From IMG/VR virus record IMGVR_UViG_3300035686_000079: a stretch of DNA of 64,000 bases, one strand, 5' to 3'. The notes under the pieces are model-generated. The model ran no database searches and was not told the origin of the DNA. It saw nothing but the letters and a program-made list of their open reading frames with translations. The translations under genes were made by a program, and so were the position numbers. This document shows positions 28,724-38,675 of the stretch, piece by piece. Positions within the stretch are counted from its first letter, which is position 1, and every line of letters starts with the position of its first letter. This DNA comes from an uncultured virus (IMG/VR IMGVR_UViG_3300035686_000079). Its lineage: Duplodnaviria > Heunggongvirae > Uroviricota > Caudoviricetes.

Positions 28724-31051
28724 TCAGGTACGAGTTACCAATTCGTAAATCGAATTGAAGTGTTGTTTAATTCTCCGTATCTCGGCTTCAGGTATGGACA
28801 TAAATTCCTCTTCCCAATCGGGATGAGTTATTTGCTCTTTGACTGCGTTGATTATTTGAATCAGGACAGTGTTAAGCTCTCCAAGCTGCTGACTTTCTGT
28901 AGTGAGCTTTTGGATTTTTTCCTGATCATCCAGGCTTTGAGCCTCTAGCTGACTAACGCGAGTCAATAATCGTGCCAGTTTTTCATCATATTCTTCCTCA
29001 GGTTGTGCAGAGGAATCGAGTGTTGGTGATTTCTCGATAGTTGCAGTGCTGGAACTCGACGTTCCGTTACTGCTACTGCTTCCAGATTCCTGTGTTGAGG
29101 TAGAGGTATTGGAGGTAGTAGATTGTGTTCCATTGGTAGTAGCAGAACTGTCGCTACTTTCGTCCTGTGGACTAGAGGGGAAGTGTTTGGCTCTTTCCTC
29201 CTCTGTAAGTTCCCTGAGGTAGCGCAGGCTTTCTGGTGTTACCGCTCCAGATAGGTAGTCCCCATCAAGAGGGACAAACTCCAAGTTGCCCTCATCATCC
29301 GTTTTGAGATAGATGCCTTCTATGTTGGCTTCTAATACCTCCTGCTTCATATATGCATATTTCGCCTCTAAGGTCGTTACGCAAACAGTTTGAGGCTGAA
29401 TTGTAATCGTTATTTTTTCCTCGGACTGGATAGGTTTCGGTGTGGAGGTTGAAGAAGTGGCCTTGCTGCCACCACCGCCACCGCCTTTGCTGCGGCTTTT
29501 GTTGTGCCCCGTACTCACTCGCCTGTTTTGGCGATTATCGTTCGAGGTGGAGACGATCGCAATCTCTCGATCGCCCAGCCACTTATCGATGATCTCTTGC
29601 TGCTCTGGAGTGATTTTGTACTCCTCCCGTTTTTCGGGAAGGAATTTCTCCTTAGGATCTGATGTAACCCAGTACGGGTCTTTAGCTAAATTTCTCAACC
29701 ACTCTGTAGTGGTTGAGACGGCGATGCCGACATGTTTCGCCACTAGCGTTTGGGATTTATCCGCGAAGAACGGATCTAGCAGAGTTCTGAGGAAGTTGAG
29801 GCGCTTGGTCGTGTTCGACCGCTTCTGAGCTAAGGTCTGCTCGTGCTGTTGGTTAGCAGCAATGGCGGCTAACCTTGCTTGCGAGTACGTACCTAGAATT
29901 AATTCGACTGGTATGTACTTAAGTGAAAGCTTGAGTTCTCTCAAGAATGCCACCATTCGCTTCGTTCCGTCCGTTACCCGCCAGATGACCCTACCATCCT
30001 CTCGGACTTCCTCTCTGACCTGCGGTCGGGGAAAAGCGTACCAATTCCAATCTCCCTGCCGCATTTCCTTGGCGGTATTTGCCACGAATTCCATGTTTGT
30101 CCCTTCTGCGTGGGACTGAAGGAATATGAGGATATTTTTACCAGTATGTTCGGCGATAAAAGCCTCTTCCTCCTCTTGGGTCAAGATCCCATTGATCGAA
30201 GACCACATAACGATCGTGTCATCGGGAAGATAATCGAACTCTTCCCGTACCTCTTGGAGGTAGGCAAGCCCTTTTTCTACTTCAGGTTCGGGAGAGGGTT
30301 GCTCCTGCTTAGGATCTGGGGTGTCGGGTGCTTGAGGAGTAGGCTCCTCCTGTGCTGAGCTTGAGGTCTCCTCGGTAGGTGATTGAGGGGTCGGTTCCTC
30401 TTGGGGTGAATCTGGGGTTTCCTCAGTTGTTACTTGAGGAATAGGTTCTGGGTACACGCTTACTACATGTTTTCCTTCTATCAGGGATGCGATACCTACC
30501 GTTAGCCCATCTTGCAAAAGTTTTTCTTTTGCCACCTCAATCTCGTCAGCAAGGATGCAAGTTTTCCGGGCTTGTTTGTAGCCCCGTACTGGGGCGTCAG
30601 GAATGCCAAGCGTGTCTTTGAGCAACGCTCCATCAACGTATACCCCTTCCTTGTGAAAGGCTGTATATTGAGTCCCCTTTTGTATGAGCAGAACATCTAC
30701 GTTCTGCTCTGCCTTGAAGTTTAAGTAGTTTTTCAACTCATCAGGGGGCTTCCCCCCTTCATCTGGGATTTGGATACCTAGGGACGATCGTGCCAAGTTT
30801 ATCAGCTTGGTTCCTGAAAAAGTGGAAGAGCCAATAACAAGCTTCACCCCTTTTTGGGAAATCTCGATTGCATAGTCGCTTAGGTTTACAGGCTCTTGCC
30901 ATGTCTGCTTAAGTTGCTCCTTGATTGTGAATTCGTCTGCTCCTAGGTATCGGAGCATCTGCCAGCTTTTCGCCAGCTCCTTGTTAGTCTCCGTAGCTTG
31001 TGCGATCGCGGCCCGTAGGGTTTCTTGGGCTTCTGTAGTTTTTGTGGACAT
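28724..31051 (-). CDS. large multidomain protein: MutS-I-like domain, ParB/Srx-like domain, HTH and coiled coil
   Basis: YLNFKAEQNVDVLLIQKGTQYTAF..KLLQDGLTVGIA; RVTDGTKRMVA..AANQQH; SQTLVAKHVGIAVST. Confidence 0.55.
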   Translation of the reverse strand: MSTKTTEAQETLRAAIAQATETNKELAKSWQMLRYLGADEFTIKEQLKQTWQEPVNLSDYAIEISQKGVKLVIGSSTFSGTKLINLARSSLGIQIPDEGGKPPDELKNYLNFKAEQNVDVLLIQKGTQYTAFHKEGVYVDGALLKDTLGIPDAPVRGYKQARKTCILADEIEVAKEKLLQDGLTVGIASLIEGKHVVSVYPEPIPQVTTEETPDSPQEEPTPQSPTEETSSSAQEEPTPQAPDTPDPKQEQPSPEPEVEKGLAYLQEVREEFDYLPDDTIVMWSSINGILTQEEEEAFIAEHTGKNILIFLQSHAEGTNMEFVANTAKEMRQGDWNWYAFPRPQVREEVREDGRVIWRVTDGTKRMVAFLRELKLSLKYIPVELILGTYSQARLAAIAANQQHEQTLAQKRSNTTKRLNFLRTLLDPFFADKSQTLVAKHVGIAVSTTTEWLRNLAKDPYWVTSDPKEKFLPEKREEYKITPEQQEIIDKWLGDREIAIVSTSNDNRQNRRVSTGHNKSRSKGGGGGGSKATSSTSTPKPIQSEEKITITIQPQTVCVTTLEAKYAYMKQEVLEANIEGIYLKTDDEGNLEFVPLDGDYLSGAVTPESLRYLRELTEEERAKHFPSSPQDESSDSSATTNGTQSTTSNTSTSTQESGSSSSNGTSSSSTATIEKSPTLDSSAQPEEEYDEKLARLLTRVSQLEAQSLDDQEKIQKLTTESQQLGELNTVLIQIINAVKEQITHPDWEEEFMSIPEAEIRRIKQHFNSIYELVTRT

Positions 31052-31166
31052 CTTTTCTTTTTTTGTATGTGAAGTTCGATACAAAGCTTGTTTGCTTTGC
31101 TCATGATAAACAGTGTACTATAAAAATGCAATCGTAATACGATTACACAGTTATCTTACAAGCGCC

Positions 31167-31661
31167 ATGAAAGAACCACTTGAACCGCCTGAAGCTGAAT
31201 ATCTTCAGCCAAATACCAAGAAAGAAAGGCTTTCAGTTAGCCTTAACCCTAAGTTGGCCGCCAAAATTAGGGAGTCTGCACAGTCCTCGTTCAGGAATGT
31301 GAGCCAAGAACTAGAAATGATTCTGACCCGGCATTACTTTCCCCAACTGGATTCCACGAGCGATGTTGTAAAACAAGTTAGTGCATTGGGAAATCAGCTT
31401 AGGCTGTTAATTTCTGACCTTTGTAAAAGCCCTGACTTCTTTAGTTACTTTAAGAACGAACACCGCTCTAGCGCCGCTTATTACACGGCTCACTACATAG
31501 CTAAGGACGAAGGCTGGGGTAACCATGTTACTCCTACGCGCCAACACTGGAAGGAAGAAGTTTTAGGGTGTACGAGGATAATCCGTTCGCAATTCTCGAC
31601 AATACCGGACTCGATCGAGGCGAAGCTTCAAGAAATAGAAACTGAACTGGATAAAGACTGA
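31167..31661 (+). CDS. ribbon-helix-helix (Arc-like) regulator with C-terminal domain
   Basis: ERLSVSLNPKLAAKIRESAQSSFRNVSQELEMIL. Confidence 0.65.
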   Translation: MKEPLEPPEAEYLQPNTKKERLSVSLNPKLAAKIRESAQSSFRNVSQELEMILTRHYFPQLDSTSDVVKQVSALGNQLRLLISDLCKSPDFFSYFKNEHRSSAAYYTAHYIAKDEGWGNHVTPTRQHWKEEVLGCTRIIRSQFSTIPDSIEAKLQEIETELDKD

Positions 31662-32599
31662 TGACTACAGGTGTCGAATGGGTCAAAAATCCTGATAACT
31701 CTCCTGGCTTTGCCCTCAACCCTGTTGACGGCTGCCAGGAAACCGCACCGGAATGTGACAACTGTTATGCCAGGATTATGGCGGCAAAGTTTGCTCGCAG
31801 GTTCAAGACTTCTCGCTACGTACAAGTGATCGGAGAAGATGGGGGATGGAACGGCAATGTTGTTTTTCATCCCGAAGTTCTAGACCAACCCAGGAAGCGC
31901 AAAAAGAGATCGACCTACTTTGTAGGGGATATGGCTGACATCGCCCTTCCTGGCAAGGTGCAAGATGAGTGGTTGGAGCAAATGTGGACGATGTTTGAAG
32001 AGTGCGATCGGCACATCTTCTTGGTGTTGTCGAAGCATCCCCACCGGATACTGAATTTGCTCAAGGAAGGCGATCGGAAACCCATGCAGCATGTATGGGT
32101 TGGCACGACGGTTGGACACCCCACCACGACTTACAAGCTACGGTACTTACGTGGCATTGCCGAGCTAGGCTACAACACATTCATTAGTGCAGGCCCGTTG
32201 CTTGGGCGAGTGGATTATCAATTAGATACTGGGGTTGCGAAGTGGCTAATCCTCGAAGGGGAGTCGCAGCCGGAACCAAAAGCCCCCGTTCGCCCTTGCT
32301 ATTTGGAGGATATGGAAGCTGTTATTGGGCAGTGTCGCCGATATGGTGTCTCTGTTTTTGTCAAACAGCTGGGAACTTATCCTTTGACCAATCGGGCTTA
32401 TGAGGGGCGAACCGTGCCCTTGTCCGAACAGGAATACGAGATGCTCAAAAAAAGGATAGGGGATGAGCGTTGGCTTACTCCTCAAACTCGGCGGTATGTA
32501 ACCAATCACAAAAAAGGTGGTGGGGAGTCAATGGATGAGTTTCCCCGATGGGCGCAAGTCCGCGAACTACCGTATTTATTTGCAAACAACTTTAACTGA
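31661..32599 (+). CDS. phage Gp37/Gp68 (DUF5131) family protein
   Basis: TGVEW..NPVDGCQETAPECDNCYA, FVGDMAD, VWVGTTV, WLILEGES, VFVKQLG. Confidence 0.9.
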   Translation: MTTGVEWVKNPDNSPGFALNPVDGCQETAPECDNCYARIMAAKFARRFKTSRYVQVIGEDGGWNGNVVFHPEVLDQPRKRKKRSTYFVGDMADIALPGKVQDEWLEQMWTMFEECDRHIFLVLSKHPHRILNLLKEGDRKPMQHVWVGTTVGHPTTTYKLRYLRGIAELGYNTFISAGPLLGRVDYQLDTGVAKWLILEGESQPEPKAPVRPCYLEDMEAVIGQCRRYGVSVFVKQLGTYPLTNRAYEGRTVPLSEQEYEMLKKRIGDERWLTPQTRRYVTNHKKGGGESMDEFPRWAQVRELPYLFANNFN

Positions 32600-32604
32600 A
32601 GGTC

Positions 32605-33183
32605 ATGCAAGAAGCATTCTCTAATCTGGAAGAATTACAACTAAAGGTTCAAGATATTTTGAAACGTTGCAAGGCATCGGATACTCACCGATCGGCACAT
32701 CGAGCAGCGAATCACCTTATTAATATGACCGTCCTAGCTGGACTTTCGATGTCTCAGCTGGATGGGCTTTTTATAGAGGATTACGGGTTTTTTCTCGGAC
32801 TGTTGTTCAGTAATGCGCCTAATAAAGAGTTTAGGGGTAGAAACGTTTCGCAGGAGTTTGAACGTTACTGCTGTGAGGGGGACGTAGTAAAAAACGACGA
32901 TATTCTTACCAGCGTTGAACTAGCGATCGCCCTCGTATTTGTTGAGAGAGCTAAGCGTGAGATAAAAATCGTTGAGCAAGTAAAATCAATCCTAGGATCG
33001 CGATTCCCTTTAGACCTGGAGGGGTATGGCGGACGCATTGTCTACTCAAAGTCTGGGCAAACAGATGTCGTGTTGTCCCATCCCGATCGAGAAGGTGAAA
33101 TTGTCTTTACTTGCGCGGCGATCGATCAGAAAAGATGTTTAGTCAGTGGTGTTGGTAGTCATCACGGAAGGCTGGTGTTTTAG
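32605..33183 (+). CDS. hypothetical protein
   Basis: ORF in operon. Confidence 0.65.
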   Translation: MQEAFSNLEELQLKVQDILKRCKASDTHRSAHRAANHLINMTVLAGLSMSQLDGLFIEDYGFFLGLLFSNAPNKEFRGRNVSQEFERYCCEGDVVKNDDILTSVELAIALVFVERAKREIKIVEQVKSILGSRFPLDLEGYGGRIVYSKSGQTDVVLSHPDREGEIVFTCAAIDQKRCLVSGVGSHHGRLVF

Positions 33184-33274
33184 CGAACCTATCAAAAGCA
33201 CTTGGGAGCTGAGAACCCCTGTGCTTTTAGCCAGGGGATGAAAGCGACTCATGGGCTTTAGCCCACTGTATCCA

Positions 33275-33688
33275 TCACTTACCACGTTGATTCTCAATAT
33301 ATTTTTTAACTACCTCCGTACTGACCTGACCTGTCGTTGCAACGAAATAGGTTGGAGTCCACAGGGCAGGTAGTTTTTTTAGTTCTGGGAACTCTCGTCT
33401 TAGATGATGTGAAGCCCTGCCTTTGACCCATCGAGCAATATCGGCAGGTGATTCATGAGTAGGTGCATTAATGAAGAAATGAACGTGGTCAGGTTGAACC
33501 TCTAATGCAATCAGTTTCCATCCATGTTCTGTGACCAAATCAAAGATAATCTCCTGCAACCGATGAGCTACTGCTTTAATAAGCACAGGCTTACGTCGCT
33601 TAGGTACGAATACAAAATGATAATTGATTGACGACACTGAGTTTTCAGTGCGTCGATACTCGTAATCTTCACTTGAAAGTTTAGCCAT
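33275..33688 (-). CDS. tnpA: IS200/IS605 transposase TnpA
   Basis: YHFVFVPKRRKPVL, QPDHVHFF, LWTPTYFVATTG, KYIENQ. Confidence 0.96.
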   Translation of the reverse strand: MAKLSSEDYEYRRTENSVSSINYHFVFVPKRRKPVLIKAVAHRLQEIIFDLVTEHGWKLIALEVQPDHVHFFINAPTHESPADIARWVKGRASHHLRREFPELKKLPALWTPTYFVATTGQVSTEVVKKYIENQRGK

Positions 33689-33754
33689 ATTCTTTATTTG
33701 TGTTGACTATAAGTGTAGTAGACAATATACTCAACTACAGGAGGTGATGACAAG

Positions 33755-35134
33755 TTGTATAAAACAATTCCCATCAAAGCCAGCTTCAATGAGGAAGAAG
33801 AGTCCTTTTGGACTACCATGTGTTTTCACGCCAACAGTCTAATCAATTGTGCTATTTACCATACTCGCCAAACTCACTATGCACGACTTGAAGAACAAGG
33901 GAATGCATTCACGACCTACTGGCGAGGTGATGAATTGCGCTACGGCTGGAAGACTTACAGATGTAAGACTACTTATCCAGAATTAGACAAGGTACTCAAA
34001 GGCAATCCACACTACAAAGCTTTAGCTGCTCAAGCTTCCCAACAAACACTCAAGTCTGTTGGTGAGTCGATTTCCAGCTATAACGAACTGGTTAGCCTCT
34101 ACTATAAAGGTGAAGTTGATAGACCATCTTTGCCTAAGTACAGAAAGAAAGGTGGATTAGCTTCTGTTACTTTCCCCCGCCAAGCATTGACGTACAAAGA
34201 TGGTTGCTTTTATCCATCAGTTAGTAGAGAAACTAAGCCTCATCTGATGACTGATGTTGCTTTACCTCTGCCCGACTTCATTGATTCTGACTGGGTTAAA
34301 GAAGTAACAATTCGTCCCAACTATGGACAGTTGTGGATTGACTGGGTAATTGATGATGGCAAAGAAGCCGTCACTTATAATCCAAACCTTGATTATTCTC
34401 AAGCTTGGAGCTTTGACCACGGCGGTACGAATTGGATGACTGGTGTTTCGACTCGTGGCAAGAGCCTAATCATTGACGGTCGTAAACTCAAGTCAATGAA
34501 TCAAGGCTACTGTCGTTTGGTTGCTAAGTACAAAACTGGAAAATCGGACTTTTACTGGGATTCCAATTTAGACAGAATACAGCGCAAGCGGAACAGTCAG
34601 ATGCGTGACGCTGTTAACAAAGCAGCAAGATTCATTATCAATAAGTGCCTGACTGACAAGATTGGAAATCTCATCATCGGCTGGAATGAAGAGCAAAAGA
34701 ATGGCTCTAACATGGGAAAGCGTAACAATCAAAACTTTGTTGCCATTCCCACTAAGCGACTGATTGACAGATTACAACAACTCTGTCTAGAGTACGGAAT
34801 TGTCTTAACGATTACAGAAGAAGCGTACACCAGTAAAGCGTCTTACCTTGATGACGATAGCCTCTACAAATTTGGTGAAAAACCCAAGGGATGGAAACCG
34901 TCAGGCGAAAGAGTAAAACGTGGACTGTACAGAACGTCTTCTGGACAACTGATTAGCGCTGATGCCAATGCAGCAGCAAATATAGCTAGAAAAGTAGCCA
35001 CACAGCTAGGGTTAAACCTAGCCGAGGTGGGTAGGGGAGATTTGGTACTCCCGAAACGATACGATCTGTTCACTCACCTGTCTAGATCGTATCGTGAGAA
35101 ATGTGGAGCGACGTGTCTTAAGACCGTCGCGTAG
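33755..35134 (+). CDS. tnpB: TnpB nuclease (IGWN/EEAYTSK-type RuvC, no C-terminal Zn finger)
   Basis: SFDHGG, IIGWN, TEEAYTSKAS, RVKRGLY, ADANAAANI. Confidence 0.92.
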   Translation: MYKTIPIKASFNEEEESFWTTMCFHANSLINCAIYHTRQTHYARLEEQGNAFTTYWRGDELRYGWKTYRCKTTYPELDKVLKGNPHYKALAAQASQQTLKSVGESISSYNELVSLYYKGEVDRPSLPKYRKKGGLASVTFPRQALTYKDGCFYPSVSRETKPHLMTDVALPLPDFIDSDWVKEVTIRPNYGQLWIDWVIDDGKEAVTYNPNLDYSQAWSFDHGGTNWMTGVSTRGKSLIIDGRKLKSMNQGYCRLVAKYKTGKSDFYWDSNLDRIQRKRNSQMRDAVNKAARFIINKCLTDKIGNLIIGWNEEQKNGSNMGKRNNQNFVAIPTKRLIDRLQQLCLEYGIVLTITEEAYTSKASYLDDDSLYKFGEKPKGWKPSGERVKRGLYRTSSGQLISADANAAANIARKVATQLGLNLAEVGRGDLVLPKRYDLFTHLSRSYREKCGATCLKTVA

Positions 35135-35183
35135 CATCAGCTCAGAATCCCCTCTCTTTCAAGGAGGGGAGATATCAAACCAG

Positions 35184-35205
35184 AACACCGTTCGATCGAA
35201 CGGTG
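35184..35205. repeat. 24-bp palindrome family, copy 6 (5 bp from the IS right end)
   Basis: AACACCGTTCGATCGAACGGTG. Confidence 0.93.
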
Positions 35206-35464
35206 GTTACCACCGATGTTAGTAAAATTGGCAAAACCCCCACAGCAGCTTACTTCTCCGGAGAATACGAGAGCTGTTGTGGGGGTTATGGTTATCAGGG
35301 TGCATCTACTTTTTGCAATTCTAGAGAAAGCCTACCTAAAAAGCAACACCCTAAATATGTTGCAATGTTACAATAGAGTAGAAAAAGCAATGCAACCAAC
35401 CAAATATGTTTACCAAGAACATTAACTCAGGATCTAGTTGCCTGTATGTAGCGAGGTCGTTTTA

Positions 35465-36805
35465 ATGCAGCAACTGACTCTGGATTTGTATCCAAGATCA
35501 TCCGTTCACACGGAGGTATTTGTTCCAGGAATAATTGATGCAGCACTTCATATGGGTGCGGCATTGGCTATTTCTAATTCTGGTGGCAAGGACAGTCAAG
35601 CTATGACCAATCTCCTGCCAAAATTGCACAGAGAAAAGGGATATCCCGGTTCGATGTTTGCTATTTTTGCAGACCTCGGACGTATTGAATGGGCAGGTAC
35701 GCTAGAGCATTGCAAAAAACTTGCTCGCCATGCCGATATTCCTCTCGTTGTCGTTCGTCGTCCCCAAGGTGGAATGATTGAACGATGGGAGCAAAGGATG
35801 CAGTCAATAGCTGAAAAAGACCAAGACAAACCATTTTGGTCGAGTAGTGCCAATAGGTACTGCACGGATAGTGGGAAAATTCAGCAAATTGACAAAGAAT
35901 TACGCAAAATTGGTAGCAAGCCTTTCTGGTCGAGTAGTGCCAATAGGTACTGCACGGCTGAGCTGAAAAGGGCACAGGTTGACAAAGATTTGCGATCGCA
36001 TGATTTGGTAATTTGTGCTGTTGGGATTCGAGCGCAAGAATCCCCGAATCGGGCAAAAGAACCAAGGTTCTGTGTCCGAAATAATATCACAGCGGAGAAA
36101 TTAAAAACTCCGACACTTTCAAGCGTTTACAACGACTTGAAGAAAACCAAGGGTATTGGCGATCGATTAAAGTTAGCATTGCTTCCTATTCGGGCAGCAA
36201 TGCTAGCTTTAGTTGGGGTTTTCTACGACCCTAAAGATAAAGCCAAGTACTCGGCGTTTGAGGAGCTTTGGGCTATTGAAGCGTTTGAGCGCTGGCGTAG
36301 TGGCGAAGTGAAAGGGCGTTTTGCCTTAACCTGGAACGCCATTCTAGATTTTGACATCGAACAAGTCTGGAAGGCTTGTGGCACCAGTACTGCCGATGTC
36401 GAATATCGCCGCAAACTCTACAAGCAAGGGTTTGTGGAGGCGGCGATCGCAGGGTTTCCTGCTCACTGGGCGTACATCACGAGCAGCACCCGCTTATCGT
36501 GTTCCCAGTGCGTACTAGGAAGCGCGAAAGATACCGAAAACGGAGCCAAGCACAACCTAGAGGTTTGGGTTGAGCTGGTAGAGATGGAAATCCGCAGCGG
36601 ATGGACGTTTAAGAACGACTTTGCCCTTGCAAGTTTGCAAGAGCAGGTCGGCTCTATGAGTGATGGCGATCGTTATCATCTACACGAAGTCCTGATCAAA
36701 TTAGGGCTTGTTTCTCCCTTACCCGTACAGATAGCAATTGAATTGCTATCAGTGCGTTATCTAAGTTTTGCCCTATCCCGAATTTGGGCTGGGCTGCCAT
36801 TCTAG
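35465..36805 (+). CDS. phosphoadenosine-phosphosulfate reductase (PP-loop) family protein
   Basis: SNSGGKDSQAM, ADLGRIEW, RYCTAELK, GIRAQESPNRAK, RLSCSQCVL. Confidence 0.88.
   Translation: MQQLTLDLYPRSSVHTEVFVPGIIDAALHMGAALAISNSGGKDSQAMTNLLPKLHREKGYPGSMFAIFADLGRIEWAGTLEHCKKLARHADIPLVVVRRPQGGMIERWEQRMQSIAEKDQDKPFWSSSANRYCTDSGKIQQIDKELRKIGSKPFWSSSANRYCTAELKRAQVDKDLRSHDLVICAVGIRAQESPNRAKEPRFCVRNNITAEKLKTPTLSSVYNDLKKTKGIGDRLKLALLPIRAAMLALVGVFYDPKDKAKYSAFEELWAIEAFERWRSGEVKGRFALTWNAILDFDIEQVWKACGTSTADVEYRRKLYKQGFVEAAIAGFPAHWAYITSSTRLSCSQCVLGSAKDTENGAKHNLEVWVELVEMEIRSGWTFKNDFALASLQEQVGSMSDGDRYHLHEVLIKLGLVSPLPVQIAIELLSVRYLSFALSRIWAGLPF
35837..35957 (+). repeat. 31-bp exact direct repeat, 90-nt period, inside the PAPS-reductase gene
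   Basis: TGGTCGAGTAGTGCCAATAGGTACTGCACGG at 35837 and 35927. Confidence 0.95.
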
Positions 36806-36822
36806 TATCGTGCTAGTAATTA

Positions 36823-36857
36823 AGCACTCTTAACTTTATGTTAAGAGTGCTTTTTTT
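36823..36857 (+). terminator. intrinsic terminator
   Basis: AGCACTCTTAAC..GTTAAGAGTGCT followed by a T-tract. Confidence 0.85.
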
Positions 36858-36904
36858 GTGCTAAAAATAAAACTATCTTTCATCATAAATAGAGTGAATT
36901 TGTC

Positions 36905-37129
36905 ATGAGTGAATTTACTAGAAAGATTACTGTCACATTTGAAGACAAAGAAAGTGCAGATCAAGTATTTGCTGAGTTAAGTCAACAATGGAATGATGTT
37001 TCGCAACACGATCGCAGTATCTCGGTCAATGACACAATGTTCGTTCTTGAAGACTTATGGAACAAGATATGCGATATTGATGTCCCCGACAAGGTTACGA
37101 ATATAAGTTTAGAAAAAATCGACTCCTGA
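36905..37129 (+). CDS. small hypothetical protein
   Basis: 74-aa acidic ORF. Confidence 0.6.
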   Translation: MSEFTRKITVTFEDKESADQVFAELSQQWNDVSQHDRSISVNDTMFVLEDLWNKICDIDVPDKVTNISLEKIDS

Positions 37130-37158
37130 GACTTGTATTTTATTATTTTTGATCAAGA

Positions 37159-38241
37159 ATGCACTACTACCCGATCGCCTTTTCCAGGTTGTACCCAATG
37201 GCTCCAAAAATACTGAGCCTGTATCGGCAATGTACAGCAAATCGATCGCTCACGTTCTATGACATTCCTGAGGAACAAGACGTAAGTTACTGGGAGCCAC
37301 TGTATAAGTTGGCTTTGAATTGCGACCATACGGGTGTAGATAGGAATTGGCTAGAGGTTTGCGTTTTCAATCAAGTTATCAACTGGACAATTTGGGGTGC
37401 ATGGCATTTAGAAGGGGCGATTGTTTTTAGCCTTGAAAAAGAAATTACCCAAGAGTTTTTGGAGACAGATGTTGAGGGTTTGATGGTAAGAGACATTGCA
37501 TTGCCCTATGATCGTTTTTACCTGCACTGGGGAAAAATCGAAGAATTAGGCAATGCAGATGGTTGTTTTATCTTTAGGACTTCAGATGGTTTTTATCTTC
37601 ACTTGACTCTGGTAGAGGAAGACACTGATTATGAAAAGCCAATAAACTGGTTTCAAAAACCTCAGTCATGCGTTGAATTTAGACTGGATGAAGATTGGCA
37701 ATTGGACTACGATTTTCTCTACAGCAAGATGAAGGAAAACATCGATAGTTGGGAGGACAAAACGACACCTACGGGTTCTGTACTTTCTGGATTTACTCAA
37801 AAAGCGGCTGAGTTAATTGTCACGTCTTATCGGGATTTCCAAGATTATTTATTGCCTATTATCAGGGTGGTTGTTAATGCCCTGCTCTACCTGACATCTG
37901 CGCCCAATGATATTACAAGTGAGTGGAGCGATGCTCCGGATGAACTAGTCCAAGCATGGATGGCTACACCGCCAGCTAAACGAAAGCGAATCACCCAAGA
38001 GTTGAACAAATTGGGCTATCGGCAAATAAAGTTTGTGGGGCGCAAATTGACGTACCCGCAAGCACCCAGCAACTCCAATAATTCAAGGAAGATGCCAATG
38101 CATCGACGACGAGGACACATTAGGCATCAGGCTTTTGGTGAGGGACGAAAAGAACGGAAAATCAAATGGATTCGTCCTACTTGGGTTAATAAAGGTGATG
38201 ATGAGACGATCGTTCCACAAGTTTACGAGGTTGAGGGTTAA
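37159..38241 (+). CDS. hypothetical phage/plasmid protein with HxRRGHxR C-terminal motif
   Basis: MHRRRGHIRHQAFGEGRKERKIKWIRPTWVN. Confidence 0.75.
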   Translation: MHYYPIAFSRLYPMAPKILSLYRQCTANRSLTFYDIPEEQDVSYWEPLYKLALNCDHTGVDRNWLEVCVFNQVINWTIWGAWHLEGAIVFSLEKEITQEFLETDVEGLMVRDIALPYDRFYLHWGKIEELGNADGCFIFRTSDGFYLHLTLVEEDTDYEKPINWFQKPQSCVEFRLDEDWQLDYDFLYSKMKENIDSWEDKTTPTGSVLSGFTQKAAELIVTSYRDFQDYLLPIIRVVVNALLYLTSAPNDITSEWSDAPDELVQAWMATPPAKRKRITQELNKLGYRQIKFVGRKLTYPQAPSNSNNSRKMPMHRRRGHIRHQAFGEGRKERKIKWIRPTWVNKGDDETIVPQVYEVEG

Positions 38242-38268
38242 CTGATCACTCACTGGTTTATGGGAAAG

Positions 38269-38292
38269 AACACCGTTCGACCGAACGGTGTT
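38269..38292. repeat. 24-bp palindrome family, copy 7
   Basis: AACACCGTTCGACCGAACGGTGTT; symmetry extends 38264-38297; between convergent genes. Confidence 0.95.
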
Positions 38293-38314
38293 CTTTCTTT
38301 TAGTAGTTCCGAAA

Positions 38315-38668
38315 TCAGTCTGTTGTGCCAATTATTCGGCGTAGTTTGTCCATTGCCTCTGAGTGCTTTCGCGTTGCGGTCAGTGTCATCTGAAAGTATT
38401 TCTCCTTTGATTCGGGAGACGGATTGCCGTGCGTAGAACAAGTGAAGCCTTTGTCCCAAAGGGTGTGAGACTCTGTCTCAAGGGCTTCTACTTCTAGTAA
38501 CTCTTGTCTAATTGGCTCCACGATCGCTTGGACGCCAAGGATGAAAAGTCTCTGGCTCAGTGCTGGTAAGTTGTCCCAGTCCGGAACCTCTTCCTTCGCT
38601 ATTTTTTTGATGTTTTCTCGGTAGCTGTTATAGAAAGTCTCGGCTAGGGCTGTGGGATCGTTCAACAT
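38315..38668 (-). CDS. hypothetical protein
   Basis: PDWDNLP motif similar to 23753-24037. Confidence 0.65.
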   Translation of the reverse strand: MLNDPTALAETFYNSYRENIKKIAKEEVPDWDNLPALSQRLFILGVQAIVEPIRQELLEVEALETESHTLWDKGFTCSTHGNPSPESKEKYFQMTLTATRKHSEAMDKLRRIIGTTD

Positions 38669-38675
38669 GCTTAAT

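Larger units (their letters stand above)
33190..35178. mobile_element. complete IS605-group element (tnpA minus strand, tnpB plus strand)
   Basis: Left hairpin CCCCTG..CAGGGG ~33216-33237; right hairpin TCCCCTC..GAGGGGA then GATATCAA ending 35178; left boundary approximate. Confidence 0.88.

Noticed and set aside
29040..29180. S/T-rich low-complexity tract as a repeat element
   Set aside because: Protein-level linker with no discrete DNA repeat unit.
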